Assembly (NCBI GenBank): GCA_002778645.1
Contig: PFAQ01000017.1
Coordinates: 1-31,603 of the forward strand
Length of the DNA stretch: 31,603 nt
DNA from: Candidatus Falkowbacteria bacterium CG10_big_fil_rev_8_21_14_0_10_39_9
GTDB lineage: Bacteria > Patescibacteriota > Patescibacteriia > Patescibacteriales > UBA12465
Direction of reading: 5' to 3'
Shown here one piece after another: positions 25,764 through 31,603 of the stretch (the first letter of the stretch is position 1; each line of letters begins with the position of its first letter). A program made the translations under genes and the position numbers. Below the pieces are notes generated by a model. That model did no database searches, was not told the origin of the DNA, and saw only the letters and a list, made by a program, of their open reading frames with translations.

Positions 25764-27230
25764 ATGAAAAAAATTTACCTATTATTTCTAATCGCTTTAA
25801 ATTGTTTATTATTATTGCCGTTTAACTCCGCCGCAGCAGCGAGTTTGTCGGGTCGGATTTTTTTGCAGGTTCAAGACAAAGGGCAGGCTTGGTATGTTTA
25901 TCCAGTAGATGCGAAGCGCTATTATCTTGGTCGACCGGATGATGCTTTCAACATTATGCGGCAGTTGGGACTGGGGGTTTCGGGAAAGAGTTTCTATTCT
26001 TTTGCCGTTCGACCGACCAGTAATGTTTTGGGAAGAATTATTTTGCGGGTAGAGAGTAAGGGCGAGGCTTATTACGTTGATCCCCTCACCGGTCATCTGA
26101 ATTATTTAGGTCGACCGGACGATGCTTATCGAGTTATCCGGGCCCTGGGTCAGGGAATCACTAATAGTGATTTAAACAAAATTCCTTTAGGTTATCTGGC
26201 TGGTAGCAGTTCAGTGCCACCAACTGTTCAGTTGGGGCCGGATGATCGCTTGGTAAAATTCACCTGGAAGTATGATGGTCAGAGTTATTATTTAAATGAA
26301 ATTTTTAACAAGAGTCTCTATGATCAATATAGTGTGATGCCCCGAGTTTTAACCTATCAGCAGAATAATCCACCGGCTAATTTCCGCGATAGTTTTTATG
26401 CTATGTTCTTAACACCGAGAAGTGGCGACGCTACTTTAGATCGAGTTCTAATTGATTTAAATAAATTAGCCCAAAGCAAGGGAATAGCTGGTGATAAATT
26501 GGTGGAGTTTATGATGGCCTTTGTCCAATATATTCCATACGATACGAGCAAGGTAAACAATACTAATCTGCCTAATTATATTTATGAGACTCTCTATCGC
26601 AATTCTGGTGTTTGCTCGGATAAGAGTTTCTTGGCGATCGCCATATTACGTAAAATGGGCTATGGCGCTTCGATTTTAGATTATCCCGACAATAAACATT
26701 CGGCCGCGGGCGTTTCTTGCGCTGTTAGTCAATCGACCAGTGGTTCGGGTTATTGTTTTGTGGAGACGACTAATTTTTTTCCCATTGGAGTGGTTCCCAA
26801 CTCTCTGAAGTCCGGTCAGGGTGAAGTATCTACTCAATTTGATGGTCTTTTCTCGGCTACTCATTTGGGCAGCATGGAAATCTACCAAAAGACTACGGCC
26901 AAAACTTATTCTGGTATTATCCAGACTATGGCCAAGGTTGATTTGATCAAAAAAATAGCGCAGACCATAGAAGAGGAGAGGGCTGATTTAAATATTGTTT
27001 CTCTGGGACTAGCTACGGCTCGGAGTAATTTAGATGCTCTTTTGTTAAGGCTTAATAATTATAAGAATGCTGGTGATTGGAATAACTACAATCTTTTAAT
27101 TCCGCAATATAATGAGGCGGCTAATAATTATAATGATCAGGCCACCAATTATCAATTAAAGATTGATATTTATAATGCTAATATTAAGGAGTATAATAGT
27201 TTGAATCAGGCTTTCTATCAGCAGTATTAA
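25764..27230 (+). CDS. Secreted transglutaminase-like (Cys-His-acid) protein with two N-terminal CPR-type repeats and a C-terminal coiled coil
   Basis: Signal peptide; repeats GRIFLQVQDKGQAWYV...YYLGRPDDAF and GRIILRVESKGEAYYV...NYLGRPDDAY; FVQYIPYD, GVCSDKS, KHSAAGV and FVETT. Confidence 0.8.
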   Translation: MKKIYLLFLIALNCLLLLPFNSAAAASLSGRIFLQVQDKGQAWYVYPVDAKRYYLGRPDDAFNIMRQLGLGVSGKSFYSFAVRPTSNVLGRIILRVESKGEAYYVDPLTGHLNYLGRPDDAYRVIRALGQGITNSDLNKIPLGYLAGSSSVPPTVQLGPDDRLVKFTWKYDGQSYYLNEIFNKSLYDQYSVMPRVLTYQQNNPPANFRDSFYAMFLTPRSGDATLDRVLIDLNKLAQSKGIAGDKLVEFMMAFVQYIPYDTSKVNNTNLPNYIYETLYRNSGVCSDKSFLAIAILRKMGYGASILDYPDNKHSAAGVSCAVSQSTSGSGYCFVETTNFFPIGVVPNSLKSGQGEVSTQFDGLFSATHLGSMEIYQKTTAKTYSGIIQTMAKVDLIKKIAQTIEEERADLNIVSLGLATARSNLDALLLRLNNYKNAGDWNNYNLLIPQYNEAANNYNDQATNYQLKIDIYNANIKEYNSLNQAFYQQY

Positions 27231-27237
27231 ATTTATT

Positions 27238-27261
27238 AAACCTAGAAACCTGGGGTTTTTT
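27238..27261 (+). terminator. Probable terminator ending the 17585-27230 gene run
   Basis: aaacctag-aaac-ctggggtttttt imperfect stem plus T-tract. Confidence 0.45.
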
Positions 27262-27273
27262 ATTGGCTAAATA

Positions 27274-27302
27274 TTGACAGCACGGGGAAAATAAGATAAT
27301 CT
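27274..27302 (+). promoter_or_regulatory. rpsB-tsf promoter
   Basis: TTGACA (27274-27279), 17 bp, TAATCT (27297-27302). Confidence 0.6.
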
Positions 27303-27425
27303 GGTCCGTAGAGGTTTAAACCTCTGTTTTATAATTTATAATAAAAACATCATATCTGGCTTATTTTTCTTGTCTGGCTATCTATATAGTCAGATCCGCC
27401 AGATAGACGTTTAAAGAAAAAAACT

Positions 27426-28124
27426 ATGAATATTCCTAAAATTAAGGAATTGTTTAAAGCGGGTGCTCATTTTGGTCATCGCACCAATCGTTGGCATCCT
27501 AAGATGAAGCCTTTTATTTTCTGCTCCAAGAAAGGCGTTTATGTAATCGACTTAAACCAAACTCAAGAATGTTTGGAGAGTGCTTTAACTTACATGCAGA
27601 AGTTAGTTAAGGAAGAAAAATCAATTTTGTTTGTAGGTACTAAAAACCAAGTTAAGAAACCAATGCAAGAAGCGGCTATCGCTTGTGGCATGCCATATAT
27701 CGTGGGTAAATGGTCCGGTGGTTATTTAACTAACTTCGTGGTTATCAAGCGCTCCATCAAAAAATATCAGGATTTATTAGCTCAGAAGGAAACTGGTAAG
27801 TTAGATAAATATAATAAAAAGGAACGTTTAAATATTGATCGCGAACTTAAGAAGATGGAAGCTAAATTAGGTGGTTTAGTTAATTTGAATAAATTACCAG
27901 ATGCTTTATTCGTTTGGGATATTAAGAAAGAGGCAACAGCCATCGAAGAAGCTTTGAGCATGAAAGTCCCAGTCATTGCGATTGTGGATACTAACGTTAA
28001 TCCAGATTTGGTGAAATATCCAATTCCAGCCAACGATGACTCCACTAAGACAGTTAAAGTGATTTTAGCAGCTGTAGTTGATGTTATTGTGGAAGCTCGC
28101 AAGGCGGTAGTGAAGAAGGATTAA
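27426..28124 (+). CDS. rpsB: 30S ribosomal protein uS2
   Basis: AGAHFGHRTNRWHPKM, FVGTK, LPDALFV and DTNVNP...YPIPANDD. Confidence 0.98.
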   Translation: MNIPKIKELFKAGAHFGHRTNRWHPKMKPFIFCSKKGVYVIDLNQTQECLESALTYMQKLVKEEKSILFVGTKNQVKKPMQEAAIACGMPYIVGKWSGGYLTNFVVIKRSIKKYQDLLAQKETGKLDKYNKKERLNIDRELKKMEAKLGGLVNLNKLPDALFVWDIKKEATAIEEALSMKVPVIAIVDTNVNPDLVKYPIPANDDSTKTVKVILAAVVDVIVEARKAVVKKD

Positions 28125-28153
28125 TAGCTTTTAATTTTTAATTTTTAAATAAT

Positions 28154-28948
28154 ATGGAACAGTTAAAAACTTTACGCGAAAAAACTGGCGCTGGGATGGT
28201 AGATTGCAAGAAAGCGTTAGATGAATCTGGTGGCGACTTAGATAAAGCCGTAGAAATTTTACGTAAAAAAGGGATTGCTAAAGCTGCCAAGAGAACCGAT
28301 CGGGAGGCTAGTGAAGGCGTGGTGATGGTAGCCGTTAATGAAACTCAGAGTGAGGGTTATCTTTTGGAAGTTAACTCTGAGACTGATTTTGTGTCTCGGA
28401 ACGATAAATTCCAGGATCTAGCTAAAGCTATTTTAGAGTTGATCAAAACGCAAAAACCAGCTGATTTAGACGCTTTATTAGCTCTGTCATTAAACGGAGC
28501 TTCAGTGAAGGATAATCTAGATAACTTAAGTGGTACTATTGGCGAAAAGTTAGGCATCAAAGGCTTTGCTGTCTTAACTGGAGCAACTGTTTCCAGTTAT
28601 TCTCACCTGGGTGGCCGTATTGGTGTTCTAGTGGCCTTATCTGAGACTGGTAAAGCTGAATTGGCGACTGACATTGCTATGCAAGTGGCCGCTTCCAATC
28701 CTAAATATTTATCTCCGGAAGAAGTTTTGGCGGAAGAGATTGCTAAAGAGAAGGAAATTTATCGCGAACAATTATTGAAAGAAGGCAAGCCAGAACAGAT
28801 GATTGAAAAGATTGCGGAAGGCAAGATCAATAAATATTATTCTGAAGTTTGTCTCTTAAAACAAGAATTTATCAAGGATGATAAGAAGACCGTAGAGAAT
28901 ATTCTCGGCGGCGCCAAGATTGAGAAGTTCATCCGCTATAGCCTTTAA
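28154..28948 (+). CDS. tsf: Elongation factor Ts
   Basis: LREKTGAGMVDCKKAL, EVNSETDFV and GKPEQMIEKIAEGK. Confidence 0.98.
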   Translation: MEQLKTLREKTGAGMVDCKKALDESGGDLDKAVEILRKKGIAKAAKRTDREASEGVVMVAVNETQSEGYLLEVNSETDFVSRNDKFQDLAKAILELIKTQKPADLDALLALSLNGASVKDNLDNLSGTIGEKLGIKGFAVLTGATVSSYSHLGGRIGVLVALSETGKAELATDIAMQVAASNPKYLSPEEVLAEEIAKEKEIYREQLLKEGKPEQMIEKIAEGKINKYYSEVCLLKQEFIKDDKKTVENILGGAKIEKFIRYSL

Positions 28949-28963
28949 TTACTTTTTCCAGAT

Positions 28964-28990
28964 CAATTCCGCCTCTCTCAGGCGGAATTG
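28964..28990 (+). terminator. GC-rich hairpin after tsf (weak U-tract)
   Basis: caattccgcc-tctctca-ggcggaattg. Confidence 0.6.
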
Positions 28991-29004
28991 TCTTATAACC
29001 ATAT

Positions 29005-29811
29005 ATGAAAATAGTCCAAGTCCAGTTTTCTCCCTGGGATAAGAAATATAATTTTATCAACAGTGATGACTTAACTCTGAAAGTCGGCGATCAATTAATC
29101 GTGGACACTGATTTAGGTTTGGAAATTGGCGAGGTCACTGGATTTCTGCAGGAACCAGAAGAAAAAACCGAAGAGATTAAAGCCGTGGTCCGTTTAGCTA
29201 ATGAGGAAGACTTATCTAAGATAATATCTGAAGACAAAAAAAAGGCGGCTATGGTCTATTGTCAAGAATTAATTGAGAAATATAGTTTACCGATGAAGTT
29301 GGTGGACATCCACTTTGCTTTGAATGGTTCTCGCCTTAACTTCGCTTTTGCGGCTGAGGGTCGAGTTGATTTTCGCCAATTGGTAAAAGATTTGACTACT
29401 CACTTCAATACCAGTATTCGTTTAACTCAAATTGGAGCTCGCGACGAGGCTCGGGTCAATGGTGATTGTGGTCATTGTGGCCGTAACCTTTGTTGCCAAA
29501 AGTTCATCAAAGACTTTTCTTCTATCACCTCAGAAATGGCTGAAGTTCAACAGGTAGTTCATCGCGGTAGCGACCGAATTTCCGGTATGTGTGGCCGACT
29601 AATGTGTTGTCTGTCCTATGAATATGATGGTTACCAGGATTTAGCTAAGAAATTACCTCCGATTGGCGCCAAGGTTAACGTTGATGGTCAAAGAGGTGAG
29701 GTTTTGAGCCATCATGTGCTCAAGCAATCAGTGGACGTCAAATTCCCGGGTGAAAAAGGCGAGGGTTATGTGGTGGTCGAGGTTGATTTGAACCGTCATA
29801 ATAAGAAGTAA
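29005..29811 (+). CDS. yaaT: PSP1/YaaT (RicT)-family Fe-S protein
   Basis: AEGRVDFRQLVKDL, QIGARDEA, GDCGHCGRNLCC and ISGMCGRLMCCLSYE. Confidence 0.88.
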   Translation: MKIVQVQFSPWDKKYNFINSDDLTLKVGDQLIVDTDLGLEIGEVTGFLQEPEEKTEEIKAVVRLANEEDLSKIISEDKKKAAMVYCQELIEKYSLPMKLVDIHFALNGSRLNFAFAAEGRVDFRQLVKDLTTHFNTSIRLTQIGARDEARVNGDCGHCGRNLCCQKFIKDFSSITSEMAEVQQVVHRGSDRISGMCGRLMCCLSYEYDGYQDLAKKLPPIGAKVNVDGQRGEVLSHHVLKQSVDVKFPGEKGEGYVVVEVDLNRHNKK

Positions 29812-29838
29812 TTAATTTTAGTGCTTTGAAGATAAAAG

Positions 29839-29863
29839 AACTCTCCCGTTCGGGAGGGTTTTT
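29839..29863 (+). terminator. Intrinsic terminator after yaaT
   Basis: aactctccc-gttc-gggagggtt-ttt. Confidence 0.8.
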
Positions 29864-29866
29864 GTT

Positions 29867-29896
29867 TTGCTATTTTTCTCGTTTTTGTGCTATAAT
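29867..29896 (+). promoter_or_regulatory. gap promoter (extended -10)
   Basis: TGCTATAAT at 29888-29896, with TTGCTA 18 bp upstream of the -10. Confidence 0.65.
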
Positions 29897-29931
29897 TAAG
29901 GAGTAATTATTTAATCCTTAGATTTAAAACT

Positions 29932-30942
29932 ATGATCAAGTTAGCAATTAATGGCTTTGGTCGGATTGGCCGTGCCACTTTTAAAATTATCTTAGAAAAG
30001 TATCCGGAGGTGCGGGTAGTGGCCATTAATGATTTAACTGACACTAAAACTTTAGCTCATCTGCTTAAATATGATTCTTGTTATGGAATTTATGGTACTA
30101 AAGTAGATTTTGATGCTAAACATTTGCTTGTTAAGGGTCAAAAGATCCCGGTACTAGCCGAAAAGGATCCGGCTCTTTTGCCGTGGCAGAAATTGGGTGT
30201 TGATGTGGTGCTGGAATGTACCGGTCGCTTTACTAACAAGGAAGGTTTGTCTTTTCATTTGCATGCCGGAGCCAAGAAGGTTATCCTGTCGGCTCCCGCT
30301 AAGGGCAAGGAGGATAAAGTGAAGACCGTAGTTTTGGGAGTTAATGAAGATAAGATTACCCAGGCTGATAAATTGCTTTCTTGTGCTTCTTGTACGACTA
30401 ATTGTTTAGCTCCAGTCTCCGATGTGGTGCGTCAATATTTTGGTATTAAGAAGGCGATTATGACCACTATTCATTCCTATACCGCGGATCAGAATTTAGT
30501 GGATGGACCGCATAAAGATTTGCGGCGTGCTCGGGCAGCGGCTTTGAATATGGTACCAACTACGACCGGCGCTGCTCTGTCAGTAACCGAAACTATTCCA
30601 TCTTTGAAGAATAAATTTGATGGTTTGGCTGTCCGCGTTCCCACTCCAGTCGGATCATTGTGCGATATTGTTTTTGTCACGAAAAAGAAAGTTACTGTCG
30701 AAAAGGTAAGTGAAGTTTTCAAAAAAGTTGCTAAGCTGAAGCGCTATCAAGGTATTATCCAGGCCAGTGAAGAACCATTAGTTTCAAGCGATATTGTAGG
30801 TAATCCTTACAGTGCTATTGTTGATTTACCGATGACTAAAGTAGTTGATGGTGATCTGTTGAAGGTGACCGCTTGGTATGACAATGAATGGGGTTATTCT
30901 AATCGCTTAGCTGATTTAGCGGTCTTGTTTACTAAAAAATAA
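29932..30942 (+). CDS. gap: Type I glyceraldehyde-3-phosphate dehydrogenase
   Basis: INGFGRIGR, ASCTTNCLAP, RVPTPVGS and AWYDNEWGYSNR. Confidence 0.98.
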   Translation: MIKLAINGFGRIGRATFKIILEKYPEVRVVAINDLTDTKTLAHLLKYDSCYGIYGTKVDFDAKHLLVKGQKIPVLAEKDPALLPWQKLGVDVVLECTGRFTNKEGLSFHLHAGAKKVILSAPAKGKEDKVKTVVLGVNEDKITQADKLLSCASCTTNCLAPVSDVVRQYFGIKKAIMTTIHSYTADQNLVDGPHKDLRRARAAALNMVPTTTGAALSVTETIPSLKNKFDGLAVRVPTPVGSLCDIVFVTKKKVTVEKVSEVFKKVAKLKRYQGIIQASEEPLVSSDIVGNPYSAIVDLPMTKVVDGDLLKVTAWYDNEWGYSNRLADLAVLFTKK

Positions 30943-30952
30943 TATTATTACG

Positions 30953-31351
30953 ATGGATAAAATGATTATTGCTTCCGGCCCGGTAATTGTGGAGGATAAT
31001 AAGGTGCTTTTAAACCAAAATGGTGATACTGACTTCTGGAAATTTTGTGGTGGTCGGGTAGAAAATGGCGAGATTGGGTTGATAGAAACAGCCAAAAGAG
31101 AGGTGATGGAAGAAATGGGTCTAGAGATTAAGATTTTAAATGACACGCCGTTTTTAATTCATACCATCAAAGAAACTGATGCCGGAAAGATTGATGTTAT
31201 TTTAGTGCATTATCTCGCGGAGCGTTTGAATGAGATTAAACCGGGGGACGATATTTTAAAATGGGCTTGGCTGGATCTGAAAACTTTAGATCAGGAAAAT
31301 CTAGCCCCGAATATTTTACCCACCTTGCGCCATTTTGGTTTTATTAAATAG
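30953..31351 (+). CDS. Nudix hydrolase
   Basis: GGRVENGEIGLIETAKREVMEEMGL Nudix box. Confidence 0.9.
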   Translation: MDKMIIASGPVIVEDNKVLLNQNGDTDFWKFCGGRVENGEIGLIETAKREVMEEMGLEIKILNDTPFLIHTIKETDAGKIDVILVHYLAERLNEIKPGDDILKWAWLDLKTLDQENLAPNILPTLRHFGFIK

Positions 31352-31356
31352 TTTAT

Positions 31357-31603
31357 ATGGATATTATTGCTAAAATTAAAGCAGTTCAGTTGGTTGGTCG
31401 GGGTGGTGCTGGTTTCCCGACCGCTTTGAAATGGGAAGCGGTTTATAAGGTCCCAGGGAGTGTTAAGTATATTGTGATTAATGCGGCTGAAGGTGAACCG
31501 GGAGTCAAAAAAGACGGCTATATTTTAGAAAATCATATCACGGAAATGTTGTTGGGTGTTAAGTTGGCACAGAAATATTTAGGAGCGAAGAAATGTTATT
31601 TAT
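31357..31603 (+). CDS. NuoF/HoxF-like FMN/NADH-binding (Complex1_51K) protein, truncated by the window end; absent from the ORF track
   Basis: Manual translation MDIIAKIKAVQLVGRGGAGFPTALKWEAV...YIVINAAEGEPGVKKDGYILE contains the GRGGAGFP...KW and N..EGEPG..KD motifs. Confidence 0.88.
   Translation, partial: MDIIAKIKAVQLVGRGGAGFPTALKWEAVYKVPGSVKYIVINAAEGEPGVKKDGYILENHITEMLLGVKLAQKYLGAKKCYL

Noticed and set aside
2559-30722. Short ORF-track entries overlapping real genes (2559+, 3917+, 6727-, 7660+, 7710-, 10089+, 10704+, 12870-, 13091-, 23124-, 23597-, 23724-, 24935-, 25254-, 25812-, 26676-, 27782-, 28357-, 30489-, 30916-)
   Set aside because: They lie wholly or largely within well-supported genes in another frame or strand, with no recognisable motifs or expression signals.
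1-31603. Genetic code 25 (TGA=Gly) as in Gracilibacteria/Absconditabacteria
   Set aside because: hisS, rfbD and the M50-like gene end at TGA at normal lengths, and no conserved gene is interrupted by TGA.
1-31603. tRNA, rRNA, tmRNA, RNase P, SRP genes, self-splicing introns, IS elements
   Set aside because: No cloverleaf/T-loop motifs, hallmark conserved sequences, transposase ORFs or terminal inverted repeats with target duplications were seen in any intergenic gap.

Overview
This is an A+T-rich, gene-dense bacterial window using the standard genetic code: TGA, TAA and TAG all end core genes. The gene set points to a Patescibacteria/CPR (Parcubacteria-like) genome, by inference from a half-length TsaB, CPR-style 'GRIxLQV..GEAWY' repeats, a GerMN protein with the 'EDNWLC...W.KHGNP' N-terminus and no Shine-Dalgarno motifs. 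It is mostly housekeeping: class I aldolase, rodA, rplY, prmC, prfA, rpmE, rmlB-D-A, hisS, an NDK-like gene, rnhB, cysS, dus, tsaB, rpsB, tsf, yaaT and gap. I found no tRNA/rRNA, CRISPR array, transposase or prophage structural genes. The most notable items are as follows. (1) A RelB/DinJ-YafQ/RelE toxin-antitoxin locus, missed by the ORF track, whose toxin has two in-frame TAA codons and lies tail-to-tail with prmC, near prfA. (2) A large secreted protein (permuted papain-like amidase + K/T linker + 2 lamin-tail-like + 2 LamG domains) broken into three ORFs. (3) An orphan transcription unit at 16.2-16.5 kb with a consensus promoter, a predicted three-way junction and a terminator but no real ORF. 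(4) A gap-Nudix-NuoF/HoxF-like putative operon running off the right edge. (5) T at position -1 in 31 of 34 ATG starts. No single finding can be proven from the sequence alone to be a new system; items 1, 3 and 4 are the best leads.
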